A stretch of DNA of 64,000 nt from an uncultured bacterium (GTDB lineage Bacteria; Fidelibacterota; Marinisomatia; Marinisomatales; JACNKV01), in assembly GCA_964422145.1 (NCBI GenBank), contig CAYQZV010000010.1, positions 694-64,693 on the forward strand, read 5' to 3'. The position numbers and the translations under genes were made by a program. The first letter of the stretch is position 1. Each line of letters opens with the position of its first letter. Positions 29,045-38,647 of this stretch are shown one piece after another. A model generated the notes under the pieces. That model was not told where the DNA came from and did not search any database. It worked only from the letters and a program-made list of their open reading frames with translations.

Positions 29045-31629
29045 CCGAAAAACAAGCCGGTACACCTTTAATGCGCCAATATCTGGATATTAAACATCAA
29101 CACCCGGATTCCATCGTATTATTCCGCATGGGAGATTTTTTCGAGACCTTTCAAGAAGATGCAAAGATCACGGCAAAGATCTTGGGCATTGTGTTAACGA
29201 AGCGTGCAAACGGTGCAGCTGCGGATGTTCCACTGGCCGGGTTTCCGCATCATGCTTTGGATAATTACCTCCCTAAATTAGTTCAGGCAGGGTATCGCGT
29301 GGCGATCTGCGAGCAGGTTGAAGATCCAAAATTAGCCAAAGGCATTGTAAAACGCGAAGTAACTGAAGTTGTCACCCCCGGGACGCTGGCCTCTGATCGG
29401 GCATTAAGCGACAAATCGAATCAATATTTAGTTTGTATGCAAATCCATCGGGGAGTTGCTGGTTACGCCGTTTTAGATCAATCAACCGGTGAATTTCTCA
29501 TCGGGGAATCACCGGTAGATACATTGACGGAATCCCTGCGTAAATACTCTCCGAGAGAAGTGTTGATCGCCGAAAGCGTTTCATACTCACTGGAACCATG
29601 GTACAAAGAATTCTTACCCTTCATCACTCAAGTTGAAGACTGGGTATTTAATTTTGACCAAAGTTATCGCACATTAACGACTCATTTTCAAACCACATCG
29701 CTGAAAGGCTATGGCTGTGAAGAGTTTCAGCAGGGAATTACCGCGGCGGGTGTGATGTTTTATCATCTTCGTCAAACGTTAAATACATCGTTGAAACATA
29801 TATCTACTGTACAGCCGATCCTCAATGACGGCGCCATGGGTTTGGATGGATTTACCATTCGAAATCTGGAAGTCTTCAAATCTCTGGCGACTCAGGGAAC
29901 GCATGGAACATTGATCGACATTTTGGACGAGACGAAAACATCCGGAGGGGGACGGCTGTTGAAACAATGGCTGAACCGGCCGCTAACGGATATCGATAAC
30001 ATCAATAGCCGATTGAATATTGTTCAGGCTTTCTTTCGAAGCAAACGCCTGTTGAATGAGATTCGGAAACATTTGGGTGACATATCGGATATAGAACGGA
30101 TTCTCGGGAAAATTAATCGGATGAAAGCCAGTCCGAGAGATATCATCGCACTGGGACTGAGTTTACAAACCATCCCTGTAGTTTCTGAGCGAATGATCGC
30201 CGACGATTCAGAAGAACTGAAAGGATTTACCGATCAGTTCGTGGATACTTCGAATAGTGTTGATACAATCACAAAAATGATGAATCCGAATCCGCCTGCT
30301 CAACTAAAAAACGGAAATGTAATCGCTACGGGAATCGATGACGAACTGGATGAATTACGGAAACTGGCTTCCGGAGGGAAAGAATGGTTGACGGATTTTG
30401 CTCAAACCGAGCGGGAAGTGACCGGAATTCCGTCTTTGAAGATCGGGTACAATAAAGTTTTCGGCTATTATATTGACGTGACTAAAACTCATCAAGAAAA
30501 AGTTCCGGAGACATATATCAGGAAACAGACGTTAGTGAATTCAGAACGGTACATCACACCGGAATTAAAGGAATATGAAGAAAAGATTCTTTCAGCTGAG
30601 GAAAAAATAGAAGAGATCGAAACGAGGTTATTCCAGGATCTGTGCCAGTCTATTTTAGATAATGTATCCGATATACAGATCAATGCAAAATTACTAAGCC
30701 GACTCGACGTTTTGTGTTCATTCGCACATACCGCCAAAACGAATAAATACTGCCGTCCGGAATTGACCAATGATGTCGTTCTCAACATTCGTAAAGGACG
30801 CCATCCTGTCGTTGAAAAACTGCTGCCGCCAACGGAACGCTTCGTCCCGAATAATCTTTTCATGGATGCAGAGACAGAACAGATCCATTTGATCACCGGA
30901 CCAAATATGGCCGGAAAGTCGACTTATTTACGGCAAATCGGGTTGTTAGTTCTGATGGCACAGATCGGATCTTACGTCCCTGCAAAATCGGCTTTGATCG
31001 GTGTGGTGGACAAATTATTCACCCGTGTTGGTGCGAGTGATAATCTTGCCGGAGGAGAGAGTACTTTTCTGGTGGAGATGAACGAAGCGGCGAATATTTT
31101 AAATAACGTGACACCTCGCAGCGTCATCCTTTTGGATGAAATCGGGCGGGGAACTGCTACGTACGACGGACTATCATTGGCATGGGCGATTACTGAATAT
31201 CTTCATAACATTCCCAAAGTGGCTGCCCGAACGCTGTTTGCCACTCATTATCATGAACTGACGGACTTAGAAACGACACTGGACCGTGTAAAAAATTATC
31301 ACGTTGCCGTTGAGGAATTTGGCGATAAAGTCATCTTTCTCAGAACGATTCAGCAAGGTTCAGGTGATAAAAGTTACGGAATCCACGTCGCTAAGATGGC
31401 AGGATTACCGACGGCTGTGATTCATCGAGCAAATGAGATATTGCAATATCATTTGGATCACTCAGACGGAAAAACGGGATCACCGCCACCGTCTGAAAAC
31501 CAGCTGTCACTTTTCGAAAAACAAGATCAAGCGCTGAAAAAAGCGTTGGAAGATCTGGATATCAACGAAATGACTCCACTTGAAGCTCTACAAAAATTAG
31601 ATGAATTGAAAAAGGAACACGGACAGTAG
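29041..31629 (+). CDS. mutS: DNA mismatch repair protein MutS
   Basis: TPLMRQY, FRMGDFFE, GPNMAGKST, STFLVEM, DEIGRGT, THYHEL and SYGIHVA motifs. Confidence 0.98.
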   Translation: MTEKQAGTPLMRQYLDIKHQHPDSIVLFRMGDFFETFQEDAKITAKILGIVLTKRANGAAADVPLAGFPHHALDNYLPKLVQAGYRVAICEQVEDPKLAKGIVKREVTEVVTPGTLASDRALSDKSNQYLVCMQIHRGVAGYAVLDQSTGEFLIGESPVDTLTESLRKYSPREVLIAESVSYSLEPWYKEFLPFITQVEDWVFNFDQSYRTLTTHFQTTSLKGYGCEEFQQGITAAGVMFYHLRQTLNTSLKHISTVQPILNDGAMGLDGFTIRNLEVFKSLATQGTHGTLIDILDETKTSGGGRLLKQWLNRPLTDIDNINSRLNIVQAFFRSKRLLNEIRKHLGDISDIERILGKINRMKASPRDIIALGLSLQTIPVVSERMIADDSEELKGFTDQFVDTSNSVDTITKMMNPNPPAQLKNGNVIATGIDDELDELRKLASGGKEWLTDFAQTEREVTGIPSLKIGYNKVFGYYIDVTKTHQEKVPETYIRKQTLVNSERYITPELKEYEEKILSAEEKIEEIETRLFQDLCQSILDNVSDIQINAKLLSRLDVLCSFAHTAKTNKYCRPELTNDVVLNIRKGRHPVVEKLLPPTERFVPNNLFMDAETEQIHLITGPNMAGKSTYLRQIGLLVLMAQIGSYVPAKSALIGVVDKLFTRVGASDNLAGGESTFLVEMNEAANILNNVTPRSVILLDEIGRGTATYDGLSLAWAITEYLHNIPKVAARTLFATHYHELTDLETTLDRVKNYHVAVEEFGDKVIFLRTIQQGSGDKSYGIHVAKMAGLPTAVIHRANEILQYHLDHSDGKTGSPPPSENQLSLFEKQDQALKKALEDLDINEMTPLEALQKLDELKKEHGQ

Positions 31630-31648
31630 TTCCTTCGTATGAATTACC

Positions 31649-32752
31649 ATGACCATTAAAATGAAATATCAATTAACACCAATCCTCTTTGCAGGAATAT
31701 TTGCTTGCAGTTCGATTATTAATGCTGAAGATATCAGCTGGGTAAAATACGGTTGGCAGGCGTTTCGAAACAGCGGAGATGCGTCATCAATGTCTTTGGG
31801 CGGCACAATGACTGCTTTTTCGAACAGTTCGGCTTCAGTGTTGCACAACCCGGCTCACATCGGTACCGACCATATTCATTCGTTCATTTATGCTCATCAA
31901 AACCGGTTTAACGGAGTGGTGGAGACTGACTTGTTGTTCATGAAGTATCAGACCCAATCTAAACGGAATATCGGTTTGGCAATTCTTCACGAATCGGTTT
32001 CCAATATCATGGATACGAGAAGCAGTTTGCTGGATTGGGGATTAGACGGAATTCCGAATACCGGTGACCCGGGTGAAGGAAACGGGATCATTGATGAAGG
32101 TGAGCGTCTGGATGTAAATCGGCTGAAGGCTTTTAATCAGCATCAATGGGCACTCCATTTTACCACCGGATGGCAATTAAAAGGCTATCAAATTGGTGTA
32201 GCAACGAAAGGGTTGTTCCATTCATTAGGTGAACATACTGGAACAGGATTTGGATTCGATTTAGGTGTGGTAAAAGCCTTTACACCGCGTACACAAATAG
32301 GTGTTTCCGTTTACGATGTTTTGACATCTTGGGTGATATGGGATAACGGCTCAAAAGAGGTTACTTCACCAACAGCAGCCGTCGGGGCATCACACCAACT
32401 TGATTTTTCACGTTTACCCGTCCATATTGCGGTAATGGGAGATGTTTTACTGCATACTGAAGGACGCTCTCTAAGCGACCATTTTCATATCGGGGATGTC
32501 GGCGGGAGTTTCCGGTTTGGTATTGAAACCGTGATTAATCATTATACCGTGTTACGATTAGGCAAGAATGAACATGATATTTATTCCGCCGGTTTAGGCG
32601 TGCAATGGGAAGCAATCGATATTAATTATGCCTATCAGATTAGTACAGTCGATGCTGATTTAGGAAATAGTCATGTTTTGTCGTTTGCAGTGGATCCGGT
32701 AACACTGTTCCGGTTAGTGACGGATTCGATGTCGTCCGTGACGACCGACTAA
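31649..32752 (+). CDS. PorV/PorQ-like outer-membrane beta-barrel protein
   Basis: Signal peptide; SMSLGG...SVLHNPA N-terminal motif; GFGFDLG; alternating beta-strands; DLGNSHVLS near the C-terminus. Confidence 0.65.
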   Translation: MTIKMKYQLTPILFAGIFACSSIINAEDISWVKYGWQAFRNSGDASSMSLGGTMTAFSNSSASVLHNPAHIGTDHIHSFIYAHQNRFNGVVETDLLFMKYQTQSKRNIGLAILHESVSNIMDTRSSLLDWGLDGIPNTGDPGEGNGIIDEGERLDVNRLKAFNQHQWALHFTTGWQLKGYQIGVATKGLFHSLGEHTGTGFGFDLGVVKAFTPRTQIGVSVYDVLTSWVIWDNGSKEVTSPTAAVGASHQLDFSRLPVHIAVMGDVLLHTEGRSLSDHFHIGDVGGSFRFGIETVINHYTVLRLGKNEHDIYSAGLGVQWEAIDINYAYQISTVDADLGNSHVLSFAVDPVTLFRLVTDSMSSVTTD

Positions 32753-33735
32753 TCCAATACCGTTCCAACTCGATCAAACCGCGGGACCCAAAACCCGGAC
32801 GGGTGATCCAAATCCAGTGAGAAATAAACGAAGAGAGCTTCACCTAAAATATTCTCATGTGGAACAAATCCCCAGAATCTTGAATCTAAACTGTCATCGC
32901 GGTTATCGCCCATCGCCCAGTAGTAATCCTGTTTGATGGTATATGATGTCATCTCGTGAACCGGAACACCGTCAATATGCAGGTGAGCAAAATCCGCATC
33001 TCGGATTGTCGGTGACCACGGGGTGAGAAAACTTCCCTTGGGATAGTAATCATCAAAGACATCCGTGGTTCCTTTTCGTCGATATAAATCATTTGGGTCG
33101 GTTGTCGTAAACTCAAATCGTACCGATGCATTCTCTAGCGTTGCAGTATGGCCGTCCATCAAAATAAGCGGGAGTATAAACCGCCAGTCGGTGTTTTCGT
33201 CAATGGAAAATACATCACCCATTTTCGGAACGGTAATAGAAGAGAAGTGATCTTTATTGCCGTAACGATCGAGGTAAATGCCGGGTTGAGTTTTCCCTTT
33301 CGGAAACTCCGAATAAACGAATTTTCCGTTTTCAGATAACGGATATTCCTCTCCGTCTACAAATAATTTTCTGTTCTGAATCTCAATTGTATCTCCAGGA
33401 CCGGCTATGCATCGTTTGACGTATTTATGAAACGGATCTCTCGGATATCTAAAGATGATAATATCGCCTTGCGTTGGTTTTTTAAACTCCGGGAATCGGA
33501 GGTAGGGGACGTAAAAACCGATGTCGGTGTACGGAATACCAATCCAATCCGGAGTTCGCGTGCCATACGTGAGTCGTGAACCGATGAGAAAATCCCCTGT
33601 CATGATCGTGTTTTCCATACTTCCAGTGGGAACAATGTAGGCTTCAACAATCGTTACCTTCAGTAATAAGGCAATGATAATGATCGTAACCCACGAACGG
33701 ATCTCAAGCAGTATTTTTCTCACTTTATCAGACAT
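32749..33735 (-). CDS. lepB: Signal peptidase I
   Basis: IVPTGSMENT (Ser), YVKRC (Lys) and MGDNRDDSLDSRFWGFVP. Confidence 0.95.
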   Translation of the reverse strand: MSDKVRKILLEIRSWVTIIIIALLLKVTIVEAYIVPTGSMENTIMTGDFLIGSRLTYGTRTPDWIGIPYTDIGFYVPYLRFPEFKKPTQGDIIIFRYPRDPFHKYVKRCIAGPGDTIEIQNRKLFVDGEEYPLSENGKFVYSEFPKGKTQPGIYLDRYGNKDHFSSITVPKMGDVFSIDENTDWRFILPLILMDGHTATLENASVRFEFTTTDPNDLYRRKGTTDVFDDYYPKGSFLTPWSPTIRDADFAHLHIDGVPVHEMTSYTIKQDYYWAMGDNRDDSLDSRFWGFVPHENILGEALFVYFSLDLDHPSGFWVPRFDRVGTVLD

Positions 33736-33799
33736 AGAGGATTCCTTTTGGAATGAATACGAGTAGAAAAAAAGAAAGTTCCTTCTATAGAACTCATTG

Positions 33800-33883
33800 T
33801 ACCGGGAGAGGGACTCGAACCCTCACTCCATTGCTGGAATCGGTTTTTGAGACCGACGCGTCTACCAGTTCCGCCACCCCGGC
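33800..33883 (-). tRNA. tRNA-Leu (CAA)
   Basis: Reverse complement GCCGGGGTGGCGGAACTGGTAGACGCG-TCGGT-CTCAAAA-ACCGA, long variable arm, GAGGGTTCGAGTCCCTC-TCCCGGTA; CCA not encoded. Confidence 0.96.
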
Positions 33884-33899
33884 ATGAAATAAGCCCGAA

Positions 33900-33929
33900 A
33901 AATTACCAGTACATTCTGACGTGAGTCAA
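33900..33929 (-). promoter_or_regulatory. Putative tRNA-Leu/lepB promoter TTGACT-N18-TAATTT
   Basis: Minus strand reads TTGACTcacgtcagaatgtactggTAATTT immediately upstream of the tRNA. Confidence 0.6.
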
Positions 33930-34013
33930 CCACAGAAAAATAACGGATTCAGATTGTATTTTTCAGTAATTCATCTATAGATTCTATGTATTAAAACTGA
34001 GAGGAATTACATC

Positions 34014-35810
34014 ATGACCTGTTCTACTATTTCAGAAATGTTTTCAACGTCGGTAAAAGCGTATAATGATAAACCGGCATATTTCCATAAAATTGACGGA
34101 AACTGGATTCCCGTTACGTTTAGTGAGACCGAAACGATGGTTGAGCGTTTTGCAGCCGGGCTCGCCAGTCTGGGCATCGGCAAAGATGATAAAGTCGCCA
34201 TCCAGTCCACGAACCGGGTTCGCTGGGCGATCAGTGATTATGCCATTGCCGGATTAGGTGCGGTGTCAGTCACGATCTATCCGACGCTGATTCCGTCGCA
34301 GATCCAGTACATCGTTGACGATTCTGATACGGTGTATGTGATCACAGAAGATCGTGAACAAACTGAAAAAGTATTGTCTTTCATCGGTTCGTCACCCAAA
34401 CTAAAAGGTGTGATCGCAATGGATGATGAACATGACCCGGATAAAAATGTATTCAGCTTTGACTATATTATGAAACAGGGTGATGCGTATATCAAAGAAA
34501 ATGGATTCTCAATCCATGAATCTGCAAAGACTGCAACTCCGGATGATCTTCTGACCTTGATCTATACAAGCGGAACAACCGGTAATCCAAAGGGAGTGAT
34601 GCTGACACATAATAATTTATTGTCAAATATGAACTCCGGTAAAAAAGCCATTGATATCGGTACGGAAGATGTGTTTTTGTCATTCCTTCCTCTCAGTCAC
34701 GTTTTTGAACGAATGACAGGGCATTATACCGGGTTTTATTCCGGGTCGACAACTTATTATGCAGAAAGTGTTGACACGGTTGCCGAGAATATGGGTGAAG
34801 TCAAACCGACGATCATGGTTGCGGTTCCGAGATTGTATGAAAAGATCAATGCAAAGGTTCTGGACAAAGTCAGTAAAGATCCTGCTCTTCGTCAAAAAAT
34901 CTTTTGGTGGGCGCTCCGTACCGGGGAAAAAGCTGCTGAATTCCTTACCAGAGGACAACAACCCAGCGGATTTCTTGCCTTTAAATTCAAAATTGCTGAT
35001 AAGCTCGTCTTTTCAAAATTAAAAGAACGGGTCGGCGGACGTCTTCGTTTCTTCGTTTCCGGTGGTGCGCCGCTCTCAGCTGAAGTCGGTAAATTCTTTG
35101 CTTCGGCAAACATCCCGATTCTTGAAGGATATGGATTAACTGAAACCAGTCCTGTGATCACATGTAACCGTGAAAATCTATTCAAATTCGGAACGGTTGG
35201 CTGCGCGATCGAAGGGGTTGAAGTCAAAATCGCTGAAGACGGTGAAATCCTTTGCAAAGGGGATAATGTCATGGTCGGCTACTACAAAAATGAAGAAGCC
35301 ACAAAAGAAGCGATTGATGAAGACGGATGGTTCCACACCGGTGATATTGGAACGTTCGAAGATCAGGACGGCTATCTGATGATCACGGATCGGAAGAAAA
35401 GTCTGCTGGTAACCTCCGGAGGAAAGAATGTTGCTCCGGCTCCGATTGAGATCGCATTGACCTCTTCGAAATATATTGAGCAATGTCTTGTCATTGGTGA
35501 TAAACGAAACTTCATTTCAGCTTTGATCGTTCCGTCGTTTGAATCTCTGGATGAATGGGCTGCCGAACAGGGAATCCCTGCAGACGATCGCGATGCGTTA
35601 GTGAAAGATCCGAAAGTGAATGAGCTATATGAAGCTGAAGTTGCGTTTGCCATGAACTCATTCTCACGATATGAGCAGGTCAAAAAATTCGCTTTATTGA
35701 CGAAAGAATGGACCGTCGAAAGCGGTGAAGCAACACCGAAACTTTCCGTAAAACGTAAAGAAGTTATCAATAACTATTCTGATGTGATTGACGGCATTTA
35801 CGCTGGATAA
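34014..35810 (+). CDS. fadD: Long-chain fatty acid--CoA ligase
   Basis: IYTSGTTGNPKG, FLPLSHVFER, GYGLTET, WFHTGDIG and ITDRKK motifs. Confidence 0.92.
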   Translation: MTCSTISEMFSTSVKAYNDKPAYFHKIDGNWIPVTFSETETMVERFAAGLASLGIGKDDKVAIQSTNRVRWAISDYAIAGLGAVSVTIYPTLIPSQIQYIVDDSDTVYVITEDREQTEKVLSFIGSSPKLKGVIAMDDEHDPDKNVFSFDYIMKQGDAYIKENGFSIHESAKTATPDDLLTLIYTSGTTGNPKGVMLTHNNLLSNMNSGKKAIDIGTEDVFLSFLPLSHVFERMTGHYTGFYSGSTTYYAESVDTVAENMGEVKPTIMVAVPRLYEKINAKVLDKVSKDPALRQKIFWWALRTGEKAAEFLTRGQQPSGFLAFKFKIADKLVFSKLKERVGGRLRFFVSGGAPLSAEVGKFFASANIPILEGYGLTETSPVITCNRENLFKFGTVGCAIEGVEVKIAEDGEILCKGDNVMVGYYKNEEATKEAIDEDGWFHTGDIGTFEDQDGYLMITDRKKSLLVTSGGKNVAPAPIEIALTSSKYIEQCLVIGDKRNFISALIVPSFESLDEWAAEQGIPADDRDALVKDPKVNELYEAEVAFAMNSFSRYEQVKKFALLTKEWTVESGEATPKLSVKRKEVINNYSDVIDGIYAG

Positions 35811-35837
35811 TTTTTCGAAACGTACTTAAACAGATTT

Positions 35838-36830
35838 ATGAACATTACGGTACTGGGGACTGGTTCCTGGGGCGGAACCATTGCACAGCATTTAGCCGGA
35901 TTAGGTCATTCTGTCTCTGCATGGAGTAAATTCCCCGAAGAAATCCAACCGCTGAACGACCAAAGAACCCATCCGCTGGTTCCGGGGTTGATCTTTTCAG
36001 ACGCCATTCGATTTACATCCGATCTCAATGAAGCAACAGGTCATACGGATGTAATTATCGTTGCCGTTCCTTCCCATATTGTTCGTCCGTTGATGAAGGG
36101 TTTACGTGATCAACTGTCAAAAGAGACGTTGGTCGTCAATTTGGCGAAAGGGATTGAAAACGATTCCCTGAAGACCATGAGCCAGGTCATTCACGATACC
36201 GGAGATATTTCCTATGACCGGATCGTCACTTTGTACGGCCCGAGCCATGCAGAAGAAGTAGCCGCACGGATGCCGACCACCATCGTTTCAGCCTGTCCGT
36301 CATTGGATACAGCAGTATCGGTGCAGAATATCTTTTCATCTGAAACATTAAGAGTGTACACCAATACGGATATTCTCGGGGTTGAACTCGGCGGATCTCT
36401 GAAAAATGTGATCGCAATCGCTGCGGGGATCATCGATGGAATTGGGTTCGGTGATAACACAAAAGCTGCTTTGCTGACCCGTGCCATGACGGAAATGACG
36501 CGATTGGGTGTCAAGATGGGAGCTGACCAAAAAACCTTTTCCGGATTAAGCGGGATCGGTGATTTGATCGTTACCTGTCTAAGCAAACATAGTCGGAATC
36601 GTTACGTCGGTGAGGAGATAGGGAAGGGACGGAAACTGGATGATATCCTTGCGGAAATGAAAATGGTTGCCGAAGGAGTCAAAATGACGGTTTCGGTTCG
36701 TCAGTTGAAAGAAAAATACGATGTATCCATGCCGATCTCGACTGCGGTGGATGAAGTGTTGTTCGAAGGGAAAAACCCTAAACAAGCCGTAACGGAATTA
36801 ATGACGAGAGATTTGATCACCGAGCATTAA
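35838..36830 (+). CDS. gpsA: NAD(P)H-dependent glycerol-3-phosphate dehydrogenase
   Basis: GTGSWG, AKGIE, GPSHAEEV, LKNVIAIAAG, GDLIVTC and HSRN motifs. Confidence 0.96.
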   Translation: MNITVLGTGSWGGTIAQHLAGLGHSVSAWSKFPEEIQPLNDQRTHPLVPGLIFSDAIRFTSDLNEATGHTDVIIVAVPSHIVRPLMKGLRDQLSKETLVVNLAKGIENDSLKTMSQVIHDTGDISYDRIVTLYGPSHAEEVAARMPTTIVSACPSLDTAVSVQNIFSSETLRVYTNTDILGVELGGSLKNVIAIAAGIIDGIGFGDNTKAALLTRAMTEMTRLGVKMGADQKTFSGLSGIGDLIVTCLSKHSRNRYVGEEIGKGRKLDDILAEMKMVAEGVKMTVSVRQLKEKYDVSMPISTAVDEVLFEGKNPKQAVTELMTRDLITEH

Positions 36831-36858
36831 GTCGGTTCTATTATTAATCAGAGATTTT

Positions 36859-38241
36859 CTATTTCAGCAGAGTAACAGGCCGTGAGTGTGTTCCGGCTTC
36901 GGTTTTCAAGTGAAGAATGTACATCCCGCTTGCTAAGTCTTTTGTATTAAACGTAATGGTGTGTTCACCCATTTTATAATAAGCATCAACTAACTGATCC
37001 ACAAGTCGACCGCTGATATCATAAACAGATAGATTTACCTGACCGGATTTTGGTATTTGATAAGTTACGGTAGTAGAGTTATTAAACGGGTTCGGATAGA
37101 TTGATTGAATCGCGACATTGACCGGAAATACCCAATCTGTTTGCCCGGTACTAACTGAAGGTTCCCATTCATAAGCACCGATATCGGGAGCAGACCCGTA
37201 ATAGTCATCGGGAGACATATTAACGATGGTATCTTCGCCAATGGCATAAAAAGCTGTTCCGGCATCAATGCAGGGGGAGAATTCAGATAGATAGTAATTT
37301 CCATTTTCTGCATTTGCAAATAATGGATCTTGATTTATATTGCCTTCTTCCCAATTTACTGAACCGTTACCATTGGTAATAATACCAGCTTCACCACCTT
37401 GCACATCAGAATATGCAATTGTGATTGAATTGGCAAAATAATTCTCAGCAAAATAAATCTCATAAAGTGAGCTGTTCCACAAAATACAGTTTACAAGGAC
37501 CGGATTTGAGTTATTGAAACAATAAATTCCACCACCATTTTCGCTAGCATTATTATTAACAATTGTTACATTCTTTAAATTGAAACTATACGAAGCTTCA
37601 CAAGCTATTCCGCCACCACTAGTTAAAGAATAATTATTCGCAATTAATACATTTTCCAATAATGGCTCACTATAGTGATATATAAATAGACCTCCACCAT
37701 AAAATTCAGCAAAATTATTGATAATTTGAACATTTCTGATAATTGGGCTGGAATAGTTATCTAATTGAATGCCAGCACCACCTTCTACTAAATACTTAGC
37801 TTCATTAGATTTTTCAGTATTACGTGATAGATATTGGTAATTATTTTTTATAATTAAATTCTCTAATAAAATTTGGTTTTCCGACCTTAAAAAAATTCCA
37901 GCACCTTGTTTCGAATAACCATTTTGAATGGTAAAGTCTTTTATTATCGTTGATGAATCATGGATAGTAGACCAGATTTCGTAATGAATGACTGAACCTG
38001 AACTATTTCCATCGATAATACAATCATTTTCGCCACTTCCAATCAGTTTAATACTATTTACAGACGGCCAAGTGATATTTTCAAAATAGGTTCCAGATGC
38101 AACCAGTACCGTATCACCTTCGTTTGCATTATCAATCCCTGCTTGAATCGTTGGTTGATCAGTTGGTACATTGATTACTGTTGAAAGTAGAAAATTGAAA
38201 GTGCAAAGTACTAGAGTAATTAATAATGCCATTTTTTTCAT
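36859..38241 (-). CDS. Secreted right-handed beta-helix (Pmp/pectin-lyase-like) protein with T9SS type-A-like C-terminal sorting domain
   Basis: Signal peptide; INVPTDQPTIQAGID; GGGI repeats; DPLF...SPCIDAG; PDIGAYE; CTD YPNPFN...VYDISGRLV...LASGMYIL...VTLLK. Confidence 0.8.
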   Translation of the reverse strand: MKKMALLITLVLCTFNFLLSTVINVPTDQPTIQAGIDNANEGDTVLVASGTYFENITWPSVNSIKLIGSGENDCIIDGNSSGSVIHYEIWSTIHDSSTIIKDFTIQNGYSKQGAGIFLRSENQILLENLIIKNNYQYLSRNTEKSNEAKYLVEGGAGIQLDNYSSPIIRNVQIINNFAEFYGGGLFIYHYSEPLLENVLIANNYSLTSGGGIACEASYSFNLKNVTIVNNNASENGGGIYCFNNSNPVLVNCILWNSSLYEIYFAENYFANSITIAYSDVQGGEAGIITNGNGSVNWEEGNINQDPLFANAENGNYYLSEFSPCIDAGTAFYAIGEDTIVNMSPDDYYGSAPDIGAYEWEPSVSTGQTDWVFPVNVAIQSIYPNPFNNSTTVTYQIPKSGQVNLSVYDISGRLVDQLVDAYYKMGEHTITFNTKDLASGMYILHLKTEAGTHSRPVTLLK

Positions 38242-38531
38242 TTTATCATCTCCTTATTATAAAAGTAATAATTTAATAGTTTAAGTAACTGCCCTCCTGT
38301 ATCGTAATAGCCTATTCCGTATCCATCATTATTATCATATAAATCGGATGTATTTTGTAGAAACTTGAAATAATCATCGGCATCATCGTAGTTATCCATA
38401 TTGTCAAACCAGTCTTGATATTCGCCGACAGTATGTCCATTCTGTGCTATCATTGCGATATAATCGCATTCGCTGTAACCGAATGTTGTTATAGTGAAAA
38501 GGACGATTAGAGTTAATATGATTTTATTCAT
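38238..38531 (-). CDS. Small secreted hypothetical protein, possibly the truncated N-terminus of a class II glutamine-amidotransferase-like (Ntn) protein
   Basis: Signal peptide, then EC-DYIAM...NNDGYGIGYY, resembling the C...NxDGWGIxxY motif of YafJ/EgtC; ORF ends shortly after. Confidence 0.4.
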   Translation of the reverse strand: MNKIILTLIVLFTITTFGYSECDYIAMIAQNGHTVGEYQDWFDNMDNYDDADDYFKFLQNTSDLYDNNDGYGIGYYDTGGQLLKLLNYYFYNKEMIK

Positions 38532-38577
38532 TGTATACCCAAGCCCAATATAAGACGAAATTATGATTTATGTTTGT

Positions 38578-38601
38578 TAATTATGGTTTAAACCATAATT
38601 A
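38578..38601. promoter_or_regulatory. Perfect 24-bp palindrome, candidate operator
   Basis: TAATTATGGTTTAAACCATAATTA is its own reverse complement and lies between divergent genes. Confidence 0.5.
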
Positions 38602-38647
38602 TAGTAATTCCATACCGAACTTCATAAAAAACGCTGTAAATTTTCCT

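Noticed and set aside
33800..33883. tRNA-Leu as an integration site, or as selC
   Set aside because: The anticodon is CAA, not UCA. I saw no integrase or duplicated tRNA 3' end, and the flanking genes are housekeeping.
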